A stretch of DNA of 63,313 nt, the filler included, from Choristocarpus tenellus KU-1152 (Eukaryota > Protista > Phaeophyceae): NCBI GenBank assembly GCA_964200185.2. It is 7 parts of 7 records of this genome, joined end to end, with 100 filler letters (N's around TTAATTAATTAA, not from the genome) between each part and the next. Parts side by side here need not be neighbours in the genome. Positions count along the whole stretch, not along the records: positions 23,099 to 47,755 come from CAXNAD020000205.1; 6 more parts are not named here. One strand, 5' to 3'. Positions 26,701 to 41,199 of this stretch are shown piece by piece. The notes beneath the pieces are model-generated. The model saw only the letters and a list, made by a program, of their open reading frames with translations. It was not told where the DNA came from and searched no databases. Position 1 is the first letter of the stretch, and each line of letters starts with the position of its first letter. Position numbers and translations under genes: made by a program.

Positions 26701-29048
26701 TACTAAGTGATGATATTGGGCGCATTGGAAGGCAACAGTTCTATCGCCTACACACATACGTACACAAAGCATGTCCTATGCATGACCTCAAGCACGAACT
26801 GATAGGTGTGAACGTGTGCATGGCGTAGAGATACAGACTCCACTGCACGAGCATATTTTCTGGTTTCTATTGTGAAAGCTCACAAGGATGCTCCACTTGT
26901 ATTTTTGTTATTTGGCATAGCAGGTGTACTTTTGATACTTTTTTTATTGTTATTGTTGTTGGGATATACTCTGGAGTAAATATTTAGCTCAATGCATGAA
27001 GTCAGTAACTTGTTTATACAGTATCTTTGGTTCAAGAATGATGCGTTATTTGTTGTGTTGTCCCCTGTACACATGTGTGTGAAACACAGCATGGCGTAAC
27101 ATACACATGCACATACACACACACACATTATATAACACTATACATTTTTTGTGTTATAGAAGTACACCTGAATACACGTAGATGACAATTTATACTTTAG
27201 TAGCACAGCAAGTGACGACAATATTAGTAATTGTAGTAGTGTGGAGTATTACACAGCAATACTATTCTATGAGAACAATTTGAATAAGAAAAAGAACAGA
27301 ACAGTTGTTCGCAATATTTCACACATCTTCCACCCACCCTACAGGTCGTTGATCAGTATTGTTTGTGCTAGAAGCATTTTCTTTTTTTGTTCCTCTTATC
27401 TAGTATTGGCACCAATGAAGATGATGGGAAAATGATGGGAATTTTCTGAGAACTAAATATGCTCATGCCCGTACATGCCAATACTTTCCTCTTTGATCTT
27501 TTTTCAGCTCATTGTGGCTATGAAGAGGGCCAAATGGGACGGGGTGACCACTGGTGCAAAGCTGACTGCTTCAATCACGGACTTGCATGATGGTCTCAAG
27601 GTGAGATCTTTTCAATGGGGGTGTGAATGGAGTCATGGAAGCCAAGGGAATTTTCTTTCATTGTGAAGGAAATTTTTCCCGTGTGCTGCTGTGGATGATC
27701 TAGTTTGATCTGCTCAGGAACAGGGATTGCTTTTACTTTTGTCAGGAGGGAGGAGAGAGGGAAATCGGTCTGATAAGTTGCTTTGGGTATGGAGGAAGAG
27801 ACTTGAGAGATTTTGTAGTGGAGACTACTAGGCAGCCGGTACGACTAATCCATGACTTTCTTTATGAAACTCCCAGTCACAAGTTCTTGCTGCTTTTTAA
27901 TCGATTTGTAAACAGACTTGGAGGAAGTTCCTACGTACATAGCAATTGGGGGATGTTCATGCCTCACACATATTGGAAATGTATATACTATTGTGTGTTT
28001 GCTTCTTTGTGGTGTATTCTTGTGGCGTGTGGGGTGCACTGAAGTACTTACGTATGTGAGTTTGACCGATTTGGTTTATCTCTATGTTTTGGACATAGTT
28101 ACGGGGGAAAAGAGGAGTCTACCTATCTAACCCTAAAGTACTTACGTATGAGGAGTCCTTTACTGTGCGTGTGAGCCATTCTTCACATACGTGGAATGCC
28201 TTGAAGCAAGTAGTTGTGTATAGCTCTTCTCTCTATATCAATACCTTGCCCCCCTCTCCCCACCAAATCAGTGATCCGGTTCGACGTTTTCCCTTTTGCC
28301 AGGCCCGCCTGCTGTTCAAAGCCAGGTACCTGGCCCCCTGTGCCCTCTGTGGCTTTCATACACAGGTGAGCGAATCAACTTCAGAGGTTGAGTTCAAGAC
28401 AACAAGCATGCCAAGTAAGAGCTTCTCAATCAATGTAGCGCCCTCTATTTATGATCTGAAGTGGACAGTGACAGTATCTCTCCTGAGTTATGTTCCCATC
28501 CCCCGCCCCCCCCTACCACCTACAAAATTTATCTTGCTACAGCTGATCCGTCATAGTAGTAAGAAGATCGGTTTTGAAGCCTAGCCAGTTTTTGGTTATT
28601 GACACCCTTAAGAAAAAGGCCACTTGGTGGGTTTCGATATTTTGTTCTATTAGCTGGATACATTTTGGAGTTGTTTTCTGCCACATCTATATCTGCCAGT
28701 TGGTATACAAGATTGTACATGTTCCTACTCTAGATCATTTTTTGTGCTAAGGACAGTTTCATGGGTAAATTAAATAGAGTTCAGCTGGTTGGATCCGTTG
28801 GATATTGAGACATGATTGTTCCACCAGGGCAGATAGTCGTGTGACTAATCCCTGAGGTGGTTACATGGCTCAGCTGGAACATGAGCAAGGCTGATGCCAC
28901 GAGGGCATTCACCTCTGGATTAGATGAGGATCTCTACAAGGAACTATCACTGGGTGTTCTGCATGTCTTTGATACAGTGACTTCTACGTAATCCCCTCTG
29001 CATTATCAAAGTCATGGAAACCATTTCATCATCTGTTGGAAGTTCCAC

Positions 29049-29089
<41 letters not shown>

Positions 29090-32000
29090 GTCCAGGCCAA
29101 TGTTGGTGAATGCCCTCACAGCATCAGCTATCCCTATGTTTCAGCTGAGCCGTGTCACTAATTAGTTGCAAGCTGTACATCTGTGGTGTTGGTGTGAACT
29201 TCTTGTTCCAACCCCTTGCTGTTGGTGACACCGTTCCTTGTACGACCAATCTCATTCTCTGACATTCGTCATCCCTGTTGCGGTCACCTTCCTCATGCAT
29301 AAATGTAATCTTCATCTTGAGGTATCTTGAGCTTTGCCGGGGGACTTGCACCCAGGTGCTGATAGTGATTGGCCTATCGACATGTGTACATTACCTAGAG
29401 CCACCTTGTTCTCTGAGTTGAGCACCTCCTCAACGGTCTTAGGCACTAGAGTTAGTTCACTAGCTAGGGTGTCCCCTGGCTAGCTCTTTCCAAGGTTGAC
29501 CCCACTCATATCATCAAGCAGCCTCTCAACCACTAAGGTGGGGATTATGTTTCATTTAGGCAATGTTTCACATTCGAGAGTTGTCACAAATGCTGCAAAG
29601 AGCCCCCGTACTTCCCCTTCTTGCCTCCTGAGAAGCGATGAATGGGTTGCCAACGTGATAGAAGGGAAAGACATCATGTCGTCTACAGTTTCCCTCACAG
29701 TAGTCATTCACCACTTGACCAAGCAATCGAAGTTTTTAGTACACTAGATGATAAGAGACGTTGCAACAATATCAAGGCATGTGCTGTAGAAGTACACACT
29801 ATTCCCGCTTCAACACTAGTTAGCGGAAAGTTACAAGAATCAGTCGAACAAAACCGACTCATTCCACATATTCTGATCATCCTCCAGCCTTGCACTGCGA
29901 CACAGTGTCAATGCCTTTTCCCAGTTCAAGGAAATCCGTCTCTTGGCCATCCCATTGAACTGAGTGCATTGGGAGCTGTATATTCTTGCCACATCCTGCG
30001 CTTATTCAGTACCCTCACTAATAGATTGCCTAGTTAATTTTATATTGATGCTCATTGTTTTTTGCCACGTCTGCAGAGAACCTCTCGAGTGCCAATGATG
30101 CTTGATGTGAGTCCTTGATCTTCATGATACACATTAATCCCATCCTTGTGCAATCATCGACCACAACCAGGTTGTACCTGTGTTCATCACCCTTGCTGAC
30201 TGTTGACTTTGGGCCGTTCATATCACTGAAGGCATGATGCATTCTCATGGCTGGACTTCCAATCTCGTTCAGTATAGGAAGAACACTTGCCTTACGGATA
30301 GCTCATCTTTGTAATAATTTCCCCATGCCCTGGCCAGAAGAGTGTTGTAAGCACTTTCTTACTTCCTTACTAGTTTTTGGTGTCCATGTCCCACACGTGC
30401 ATGCACCTCGTTCCCTTTCATGGAGACTTGAATCCTCCTGGTTATGGATGTCTTTTTCCCCCCAGGTAGCGAGGTGATTTTCATGGGAGGGTCTGATGTC
30501 GTGGATTTAAAAGGTCCATGCAATATGCACGCCTTGCAGTGATCAGGCCCTTGTCCACAAATCAGGAGTCAGAATTCGTTCCTGACGTTTTTTTCAAGTA
30601 TTGTTGCGTTGTTTCTATAGTGGATAGTATGCTGTAGTCCGAGCTACTCGTATTCGATTTTGGAGAAAACTAAATTGATTCCAAGCATAACGTCACAGAT
30701 GGCGAATTTGTAATAATCCTATCACATTCCATTTCAATGCTATCCATAGCTACAATATCAAGATGTTCACTTCCTCCCCCTGTCATCACCCCTGATCAAG
30801 GCGCTCAATGAGCCATATGATCAACATTGCATGTAAAACTATTTCCCTGTATTGAACAAGCACATTCCATCCAGCCAGGATATTGTCGCTCAAGTGGAAG
30901 TATTTAGTCCACGGCAACCAAACTAATCTTGTTGTCTGCGTAGAAGCCTTCAATGCCTGGCTGCTGCTTCTGCTTATCATCACCAGTTGATCTTTTTCAC
31001 CAGTTGCTGCTTCTCCAGTTGCGTTTCCACCCTTTCCACCTTTTCAAGATCCCCTTCCTCCCTTCTCAGTCCTTAAGGTTGCTCCCCTTCTCCCACTGCG
31101 ACTTTCCTGGCATCCCCCACCCTTGGCAAAGTTGGCAGTTCCGCTCTTGTGGCCATGATTGCCAAGTTGAAGCACTTGAGCACAATATTCCCTATGTTAT
31201 CCCTTGGGCGTGGACCGGATGATTACACATGTGGACCCCCACACTACCAACTTACGTATCATGCCCCTATTTCACGTTTTTTCTTCTCTACCCCCCCCCT
31301 ACCACCAGCCCTTGTCACTGATATATTTGCCTTTCAATTGTTCTTCGTGTTCTTGGAAAGACTGTAAATCTAACAATCTTTTTCAACTCTAGGTGTCCCT
31401 CCCTGTTCCTTGCATCCCACCTTGTCTTGGAGGTATTCCTCACCAGGGACCTTCCGTAGCACAAATACCTGGGTGTCCTTTGGCACAATCCCACCGATGT
31501 TCTCCAGGTCCAGCACCAACCTGCTGATGCGAATGACAACCAACTCTGGGTCTCCCAAAGAATCCATTCGCAATTTATGAAGCTTAGACCTCAATGCAGT
31601 CTTTTCATTAGAGTCCCTAATGGCGAAACATGTGTTTTTTTATTCCCATGCTTCCCTCGCAGATGTGTGGTTTCCATGATTATTCGTGTAGCTCCATTCG
31701 TCTTCAATTGTAACGCTGACATGGACATGAACGCCTTGCGAACCTCCTGGCAAGAATGCTGTTATTCATCGATTCATGATCCAGACTCTTCATTGGTTGT
31801 TTCATTGTGAGACCCTCAAACGACCCCTCGTCTGCCACAGCACCCTTCTTCGTTGTGGTGAAGATGCAGAGTGACAATTCCTTATCATGATCCCTGCGAA
31901 ATTTCGAATGTGCCTTCTATCCCTTAAGTTTTGTCACACCTTCTCCACCATTTCTTTCTGTCAGCTTACTCCCTAGCCCTTGCTGAAGACGAATCGGTAT

Positions 32001-35000
32001 TCAAGCCCGCTTAGGCTGTTGTCATTTCAGGGTAATTGAGCCCTCATGCATGACTGAAAATCTACCCAAAGATGGCTATATCTTCATTTGCTTCAGCACA
32101 CTTCATGAGTGCTATCTATTGCATCAGAGTGAACTGAAATGCCCTGGATAAAGTCAGTACCATGGTAGTTGTATTAGTAAACCCCTTTTAGCCAAACGTC
32201 CTTGAGGGTAGAGTGAATGAGGTGAGGACCAGAGATTATTGTGATACTTTGCTATTCACACACGGGCATCTGCACGTAGTGTTGGGTCTCACGGCTACAC
32301 AGTCGCAATCCAGCTACCCTACTAATAGTTGATATGGCTCAGGTATTCCAGCACAAGTCTTGAGTTGGGTGGACGAGAACAATCTCCTGTCTCCACCTGG
32401 TTCGCTCCCTTATGGAGGACATTTGGTTAACGGAAGCTATTGACACAATTACTGTCATATTGATTTTGTCCAGAGTACATCAGTTCACTTTGACAGGATC
32501 ATTTTGACTAGCGCACTTGATACCATGAAGAAATGGCCATGTCTATGTTTGCCACGTTCAGATCATTATTTAGACTCTTGAAGGCCAGGAATGATGATCA
32601 AATCAGTTGTGTCCTCGGAATGCCCATGTTGTTGTGATACACAAACCCTTGGGCACATCTTTTGGTAAACAAATGTTTAAAGATTGCTCGTTTTAATACC
32701 TACCACACTCTCCAGAGGACAACATTGAGGCAAAATATCTTAGAGGGTAGGGCCACGTCCATTTGAGGGTCAAAATTCAATGTTGCAATTTTGATGTAAT
32801 TTTTTCGGAGATGTTATTATCCTTTTTCCGAACAAATCTTTTCATAAACATAAACATCTTACCCACTCCGAAATATTTTGAAGTAAGAAATGTCATAAAA
32901 ATAACATGGGAAGACAAGCCACAAATAGACAAAAAGGCAAAAACTCTTACCCTCTTAAGATACTTTCACTCATTGCTTTGTGTTCCCACCCATATCATCT
33001 CTGTCGGGGATGGCGACTGTTTTACTGTGAAGCAATCAGTACTAGGGTCAGTTGGATATTTCACTCAACTTGCTTTACCGTTCCTTCTTGTACAGTAACC
33101 CTTGGGCATATTTGTGGATGAACATCATGCAGTATGCCTAGGATTTCTCCTGTAGATGCCTTTGGTATGTAAACTAGTGTCTGCCCATGTTGCTGTCATT
33201 CTTGCCATTGGGGTTCTGGTGTGAGTTTCACGTTTAAAACCTCCAGAAGACGGTGGAGAGTCCTCTCGACCGTTGTACTGTCAAAAACAGTCTGAAGCCA
33301 TTAAGGTGGTATCACCAACTCAATATGACGAGGCTGCTTGTGCAAATGCCATGGGATAGAGCATTGTTAATAGCGTCACTAACACATACCCATGTTGAAC
33401 CCCATCTCTGTCTGTGTTTATTCTATCCTTAGAAGAGCTCTAGAGGATACGTGCACATGCATGCACGTTGATGTGAATTGGCATTGCATCGGTGTGGAAG
33501 ATGGGTGTTTTCTTTTTATTTTACTGAAAATCAATCACATGTAAAATACCTGAAAGAAAACTGGAAGAAAATGCTGCGAAGGAAACGTGAAAACTTTCCA
33601 CAACCCTGTTTGTGCTCCGGGTAGAAGTACCAACATAATACGGTGTTTCTCCCACCCCTCCAAAGTGTAGCTCTCTCTGCATTTTGACCAACTCAGACAT
33701 GGAATGGTGCTGTGCACGCTTGCATTTTTTGGCATCTACACCTTTGTCTTATTTCAGGTGCACTTGACCTCTGACAACGTCATTGAGTTGGTGGCCACGG
33801 CCATGGTTGTGCTGCAACCCCCACTACCCACAGCACTACCGGGTAAGGTGAAGGAGTGAGGTTTGGGAGAGTGTTGTGTGGTCAAGGGGGAGGCAATTGC
33901 CGTAGTGTGTGGGGGATGTCGTTTGATAGGAGTAGAATAGGAGAGCATGGTGGGACTATGGTGATAACTGTGCCCAGTGTCTTCTTCAGCTGAATTGGGA
34001 GTGGTACTTGTCATTCTCGCTAGAGGTCTTGGCATTTCTTACCTTGCAAGTACTCCAGTATTATGCAAGGTTGCTTTTTCTATTATACATACATATTTTT
34101 TACAAGTCGCTTATGATATCTACATGGTGTCTCTACTGAAAAGCATATGAAAATAGAAAGGGAAACGCTACCACTTTCTATCTTCATTTTTTCCACGCAG
34201 AACCGTAGTGTTTTTCTTGCTATGTATGTATATTTAATATCAAGAACTAGTGTCAATCAATTTCATCTTGTATGATGCACCTAATTTCCGTCTCAATTGC
34301 TCACAATTGTAGATTATGCACCCTTGATGGCACTTCCCCCTCCTATCCCAACTGCTCTAACTTCTCAGCACCTTCAGAAGGCGTGGATGGGACCAAAACC
34401 CCCTCCAATATACCTGCTACATCCTTCTCTGGCACAGCATCTACAGCTGCGGTGTTCTCACCAACCAAACCCAGTCCAATAACCGCTCCCAGCACTGTTT
34501 TAGAAAGTGGAGGGGGAAGTGCAGGTGGAGGGGTTGAGAATGCTGCTTTGCATTCAGCATTTATGGGTCTAATGCGAGGCAATGCTTCCTTGGTTCTGCC
34601 CCGCTCAGTCTCAGAGTTTATGATAAGTCACATGGCAGCCAGTGTTGAAGAGAGGGTCAGAAAACTGGCTCAGAGTACTAGTGCAGGGATTGGGGTTAGT
34701 ATCGAGGGGGAAAAATTAGGTTTGGAGAAAAACGAAAAGGTAGAAGATCACAGGGTGAGGCGTGGAAATTCGGATGGGGGAAGAAGCGACTACTCTTCTA
34801 TCTCGGGAGTTGTCCCACCAGTTACACCCGCATTCAATACTGTGCAACAACGTCGCCGGAGTGGTTCAGAAGCTGAGAGTGTGGGGGTTGTGCAGCTGGC
34901 AGGGATTGGGGCTGGGGGGTCCTTGTTATCCAATACAACTTCCCGGGTTCGGTCTTCCAGTGACACACACCCTAGTGGGGGGGAGGATGTGAACAGCAGT

Positions 35001-38000
35001 GGAGGAGGGAGGAGTAGTGAGGGTATGATGGACAGTGCAGAAATGGACAGAGGGGTTGGTAGGAGTGATAGTCAAGCAGGTACGGCCTTGGCGTCCACAA
35101 ATCCAGCAACTCTTGTTGGGTTAGGGTTAGGGTTAGGGGGATATGGGGGGCTTTCTGCACCGCCTCCTCCAGTGCGCTCCACTTCTATGATAGTTAGGGC
35201 AGGGACAGGAAACGTGGGCCCAGGCATTCTCAACATGACGGGTGACAAGCTGGGAACATCGACCTTTGGGAGTGTGGCTATTTCTAACCGTGGTCTTTCT
35301 GGTCTTTCTGGTCTTTCCCGACACTCACTGAACACTTCAAGCCGGTCAACTGTAACATGGGGAGGGGCATCCAGGCAACAGACACTGACAATGGCGGCCT
35401 CAAGGCAAATTCTGTATTTCGAGGAGAGCATGGTGAGTATGGCGTGGCTGAGAGCAGGGGGGTTAGGGGGTAGGGATGCCATGGTACGATTTTCAGGAAA
35501 TGTTGTTGCTGCTCCGGAAAGTGTTTTGCTGTTGATTGGGATGAGACAAGATAGATGTTCAGGAATCAATCCTTTCGGTTTGTACTTGTCTTTGTAGAGA
35601 CAAGGCTGCCGTAGAATTCATGGAAACGATGGAATAATGTTCTACCTTGTGATGGACTCTGGGGAAATTTACTGGTGTTATGCGATTCACACTCTGAGCT
35701 CCTGTACGGGGAACATACCTGCCCTCGCTGGCTATGTTGGAACAGGGGAGTTATCAAAGTAGTATTTGAATTATACCAGAGCAATAATGAACCAACGGCA
35801 CATGTCCAATGAGAGTTGAGATTAAGGACTGTGTGAATCTCTTTCATCACCATACTCATGTGTTCTGTACCAAGTGACAAGCAGTAGCACTCAGCATGAG
35901 CAATCATAATGATCTATAGAGTTTATGAGTCCCTCTCATATTGTTGCTATTCCTATATATCACCCCCAACCCAAGCACCAACCCATGATGTCTGCCTCTA
36001 ACTCTAGTGCGCATGTCGCACACAGTGTCTCCCTCCCCTGTCTTTTGCGTGGACTGACCTCAAGCATATTTTTTTCCGAACTCTTTGTCCATAGTTCCTC
36101 GCCTTCCTCCTACATGCCACGCCTCTTGCCTACAGGTTGAAATGACACCGCTGGGACACATACCAGGAGCACGAGTGTCCAGGTATCTGGGAAGTGTGAG
36201 CCTTCACTTCATCAAAGAAAGTTGGACAGTCTCCCGAGGAGGAGAAATAGCCGCTTTCTTTCACTTCTTCATGATGGAGGTACCGTGCAGTATAGGATAC
36301 ACGGCCGAAGTATAGGCCTTAACGAGTGAACACTTATCTTTTTTGGCAGACGTAGCATTCATTGTCACCCTTGTTTAAAGTCAAATTTGCGCTTTGAACT
36401 AGTGATAAAGTGTGGAATATCTCCTTGTACTGCTTTTCCGAATAGTCAGCACGTTGTTTGTAAAAAAAAAAAATCCCGTATTTCCTACATTAATATGTGG
36501 AATGGTTGAAGCTTGACCGGTTCCAAAGTTTTTTTACAACCGTTGCCTGCTGCACATCCGTGTGCTTGTATTGCATCCTCGAAGCTTGTACCTATACTGT
36601 GCCTTGAACTCAACTCAGAATGATAGAACCACCAAACATGGTGCAGTATTCCTGTTGATAGTTTAAAGGAAGTATGAACGAGACAAAGCTGTGCATGAAA
36701 ACGTTTTCAGGACTACACAGCTGGCTGTACGGACCCATCACTCTGAAAGGAGGTGTCCTCATACTTCTTGAAGACATATCTTTTTTGTTTTACACTTGTT
36801 TAACTGGGCACTTTGCCCTGTATCACTATATTAAGCCTCTGGAACAAATTTTGGAGCAAGCTATACATGTCGATGAGTTTTGGAAGATGAACTGTGCACC
36901 ATGAGTAGCTGGATGTATGTGTGCAGTGTGCAAATATGCTAACATTATTGCCGTTTCCAGACGTGATTTTCCAAGAGACATTGAACCTGTTCCTATACCT
37001 GTGGACTACATTTTCCTATAATCATTGCTGGGTATTAGCCCTGTTCCACTGCCAATTTTGAGACTTATTCAGTCTTTGACATTCAACTAATAGACTGAAG
37101 TCAGTGTATGTGTACACCATCTCTCCTTCCTTTCTCCTTGGTAAATTTCTCCCCACTTCCATCCTCTGCTCATTAACTCTATCAGCCAGACTGACCTGTT
37201 CTATCACTCCCCTCAGAGCTATCATCGCATTGTAGGACCATGTATTTATGATGGCTTACCCCTCACCACACTTCGATTCCCTGCTAAGGTGAACACTGTG
37301 ATACGAGCACATGTTGCTGCCTTGGGTGGAAACGCTTTGTTATCATACCGCCTCCTTCCACAAGAGTCTGGGGGCAAGGTGTCTAAGAACCAGGTATATA
37401 TTTGAGATTGTGCGTGGTTCTGGATGTGGAAAACGCAGTAATAATCATATTGATTTTTGCTCGTGATGGGTAACTGAGTACACCTATGTGATGAACTAAC
37501 TGCTGAGCAAAGAATTTCCTTTGATAGGTGCAGTATGTAGTGCAATATACCCATGGTAACCCCTCATTGACATGGACCTCCTCCACTTCAGGCAGGTGAG
37601 CTTGAAATGCAAGTATGAGGCGACTTGAGGAGGAACTGTGTGGTACAAGTAGATGTATGTGCAATGATCACATCCTCCTTACTCCTCTTGTGTATCTGAG
37701 CTCTAGGTGTACAACATGATCAGTGTGAGGGGGGATGCGGTTGTGATCAAGTACGACGAGGAGGCCATGGAACAGGCTTTGGGTATGGACCCCAGGGAGG
37801 CAGAGGTGAGCCCCACTGCCAGAAGGGTAATAGTCCATCCTAGTCTTTGCTTTGTGAAAATGCTGGGGCACGAAGTGAATGCCACCTGTCAAATCAATAT
37901 GAGAGAGTAGGAAGTGACTCCTTGTCTTGTTTGCAGGTCGCTCAGCTCCAGGCGTTGCTGATGCAATTTGGAGTATGATAGACCGCAACCTCCTTTTGTA

Positions 38001-38535
38001 GTGAGGTGTCTCCCTTCCGAAGAGCAAGCAACCGTTCAAATTGAGGACACCTTTAGACAGAACTGGGCAGTCATTCGCCTTCTGACATTTATTCTGTAGA
38101 TTCAGATTTGGTACAATCTATTTAAGTTAATACATCCTCTCTTTTTTTGGCAAGTGTCTGAACCCCTCTACTCCTTCTTTCTTGTACAATGAGATTTTGT
38201 AGTCCTGATCCCCCAACCTTCTTTTGCCGTCACTATCACTTCCTTGCCGTGTCTGATTTCAGGCAACCTACAGCAAGGCCAAGGAGACTCTAAGGCACCG
38301 GGCCTCTGTTGGAAATAGCACGCCTCCCTACCACACCCCAAGCAACAGCATTACTGGGTGGGGTGCCAGTGCCCATACTAGCGCAGGGGGTGGTCTCCAT
38401 ACCACCAGCGGCCCCAACAATAGTTTTCTCTTTCCTTCAATGACCTCAATGTCTCCTGCGATGAGTAGGACTGTGAGCGCACCCTCAAACTCTAGCGGAG
38501 GATCGTCTACACTTGGGCCACTGACCAGCTTGTAG
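23274..38535 (+). CDS. C2CD5: C2 domain-containing protein 5 (C2CD5/CDP138) homologue, 3' part, 9 exons
   Basis: Phase-consistent exons 23274-23396, 25271-25393, 27508-27600, 28303-28365, 33758-33842, 34369-35432, 36136-36279, 37289-37393, 37707-37805 (or 37826) and 38263-38535 (TAG). Family motifs: FVLE|[37 protein letters not shown] and [17 protein letters not shown]...[12 protein letters not shown]. The N-terminal C2 domain lies beyond the contig start. Confidence 0.85.
24523..24649. repeat. Interstitial telomeric repeats: (CCCTAA)n-like tract, ~47-bp spacer, then (TTAGGG)n-like tract
   Basis: 24523-24574 CCCTAA/CCATAA units, and 24622-24649 AGGGTTAGGGTTAGGGCTAGGGTTAGGG. Confidence 0.9.
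25202..25235. repeat. Interstitial telomeric repeat (CCCTAA)5
   Basis: Perfect units just upstream of the C2CD5 exon at 25271. Confidence 0.92.
25565..25835 (-). mobile_element. MITE family B with a telomeric-repeat insertion in its TIR
   Basis: TSD TCT/TCT. The TIR reads TTAG-GGTTAGGGTT-AGGGTAG instead of TTAG-AGGGTAG. Confidence 0.88.
25965..26035. repeat. Tandem 14-bp minisatellite (GAAGAGGACATTTT)x5
   Basis: Head-to-tail units with no spacers. Confidence 0.9.
26398..26417. repeat. Interstitial telomeric repeat (GGGTTA)3
   Basis: GGGTTAGGGTTAGGGTTAGG. Confidence 0.85.
28600..32000 (-). mobile_element. Degenerate Ty1/Copia LTR retrotransposon (gag-pol) inside a C2CD5 intron
   Basis: Copia domain order: gag/UBN2-like [27 protein letters not shown] (~31370-31590), integrase AFSDMNGP...[12 protein letters not shown] (~30030-30250) and [11 protein letters not shown] remnant RMRLVVQG (cf. 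KARLVAQG, ~29240), RNase H end YQLADI (~28700). LTRs not identified. Confidence 0.78.
29050..29087. repeat. (GA)n microsatellite
   Basis: About 18 GA units. Confidence 0.9.
32727..32971 (-). mobile_element. MITE family B, full copy
   Basis: GAGGCAAAATATCTTAGAGGGTAG ... TAAGATACTTTCACTC, TSD ATT/ATT. Confidence 0.87.
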
Positions 38536-39199
38536 TGAACTTAGATTGTTACGACTTGGAAGTGACCTGTGTAACAGTGGTCATTTTACGCAATTGAAAT
38601 GGCGGTGATAAGGTTTGCTGCACTAACAGTACACGAGATGGTTAACTATAGTGTATCAGGAGGGCGATTGATGTGTAAAGATGAATATCCATACCTTTTT
38701 CACGCTCACCTCATTTTTAAGCGGATTAATTACAAAGAAAAACCTCTATACGGTATTTATTTAAAAAAACGATTGACTCAATATGGCACACACAACAGGC
38801 CATTGTGTTGATGTAATTGTGGCCTTTTTCGTTTTGTCATGGGTGGCATGCACCTGAACACAGAGGATAAGTTATGTATTTATATGGTCTACGTGAGGAA
38901 GGCAGCTGCTCCGCCAAGGCTCCTTCATGTTGCTGCTAACCAAGAGGGAAGCTTGCGGATCAATATTTTTAATTCGTTCATGGTGGCTAATTCAAATCGC
39001 CCGATGCTTTTCCCCACCTCCCATTACAAGCTCCTTACTCAATCATGGGAAAGTACTTATGGGAAGAGGAAGCACATTGCAATATTTGTTAAATCCCTCA
39101 ACAGACGCAAGAAGAATCGGCTAATTTATAGCGTTGAGAAAATATGGATGGTTATGTAGCCTGCAACTTTATCTTGTTTTAGTTGTTGGGATGTTCCCA

Positions 39200-40430
39200 G
39201 TCCTTCCAACAACTCAAAGCCCAAGCACTACTGAAATGCTTGTTAGGTCTGTGTGTAAGGGCATACTCTTCTAGCTTCAACCCGAGTTCATCCCCCACAC
39301 TGTCCCAATCCTTCACACACTGTCTAGAACATACAAATATCCCCACGCCATTGGTCTCCTAACCCTGCGCAGAGTCTCAACCCCTGTATGACTTTCCGCA
39401 ATACCTTCTTGACACAGACGACAGATTGGAGGTGTTGCATAGGCAATTAGGAATTCAGGAAGTGTTTTTGGAAGTGTTGGATTTCAGATACCTTGCTCTT
39501 TACTGTACCAAGTTTTTTGTTCTTAACTCCCAGAACAAAGACACACGAACTCTCCACGGGCCATTACCACGTATACCTCCCAACTACTTGGGTTAAGCCA
39601 AGTACTGAAGTCCTTGTAAGTACAGAATTCTACCCATTGCTTCCAAGCCCGTCATTTAGTACTTCTTTGGAGATGGCGTAACCGATCCTCTGGTAACCTT
39701 GACTGCAACACACTCAAACACGGCATCATCCCTTCCTGACCCAGGGATTGCTCCTGCAATTTAATATGTGGACAAGAGGTTGAAATGTTCAGATTGGATC
39801 TTGTCCTTATCTCTCCCTCCTGCTAATCTGCCCAACCAACTCCTTTCTGGTGTAAACCCGACAAGTACACCAGGTGTCGAAAGAAACACCAGCCAGGGCA
39901 GAACACATTGGACATGTGAAAACAGTTTTCCGACTATGACCCATACATCCCTACATAAATCACACCAGCAAAAACCCGACCTCCAGTCTAACATCTGCGG
40001 ATGGTGGAGGTATCTTACATTGTTGAGTATTCCAGCATACTGGCAATCAGATTTCTCCACCCCAAGTTACTCCTCCTACCAAATTTTATCCTGAAGTCCA
40101 CAACTTAACTCAGTAGTTGTGCAGCTAAACTTGGCAACTCCATTGGAGTCCACCTTATTCTACAAAAATCATCCAATATATCCATCTTAATGAAGACGTT
40201 TTTCATATTACCAAATTCCTTTTGCACCCCAAGTCCTCTGCAAGAGGGCAGACAGGACCATAGTGGAAAGCACTTGGGGTTGGGAGGTTTCACCATCAGT
40301 ATCAGAATTCTCACTTTGTTGACCTTGCTGTCTTGCTGGTACGTAAGGTGATGGACTATAGTTCTCGCCTTGAAGGGTTCCTGAACACCTGATCCAAAGC
40401 AAACGAGAGGTAACCAGAGTTGCATTTTAA
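39200..40430 (-). mobile_element. Degenerate DIRS/Ngaro-like (tyrosine recombinase) retrotransposon remnant
   Basis: Ordered remnants: RT-like MDILDDF (cf. YxDD), RNase H-like EHFNLL (cf. HINxLE), recombinase N-domain-like GTVKSKVSEIQHFQK...RKVIQGLR...RPMAW. Many stops. Confidence 0.45.
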
Positions 40431-41199
40431 GGATTCTGAGAAGTATTTATGTGTGAAAATTTGGGTTACTTTTTTTCTTTGCATTACATTTTTTTTTAAT
40501 TGTGTCAAATGGTTTCAAACACCAAAGAAATCAACACTCTGAAGTCAAACTTACCACTTAATCCACGGAAATATGGTTGATAAGCAAAAGATCGGAAAAA
40601 ATAGCTTAAAATGCAAAACGGCCAAAAAAAACTGGATACACTTCGTTACTTTGAACCACCTACAGGCGACCACTGTCACCCTGATATCTTGAGTTCCATA
40701 GTTTTAGAATATATATATATATATGCCCTACCGTTTAAAATGCCTTCTACCAACCTCTGCAATCGCACCCCTTCATCGTTAACTTAAACCGCTGTGATTC
40801 CCATACCGAACCTTGCCTCCATACATACATATTATATTACTATGCTGCCTGACATTTTGGAAACGTGCCAGGGGAAAAACTAATGAAAACTATTCACATG
40901 TCTGGAAAATCCCTAAAGAAGTATCAGTTGTCACAGAAGTGAAATTTTTTTAATCTATTTCCCATTTTACTATGTTGTACTACTGCCTTCCTATGTCTCA
41001 AACCTATTCCTGCACCCCAGGGTGAGGAGCTAGGGAAGCATCCCAAGAATCTAACAAGCCCCTCCTTGCACACAGCTGGGAAAGGAACACCTCGCACACC
41101 GAAGTATATAAATATAAACCTTAACTTGTGCTTCTTGTTGGACCAAAGCCTGACGATGTTATTTGCCTGTGAGTTACCAAATTATTTATGGTTAGATTA

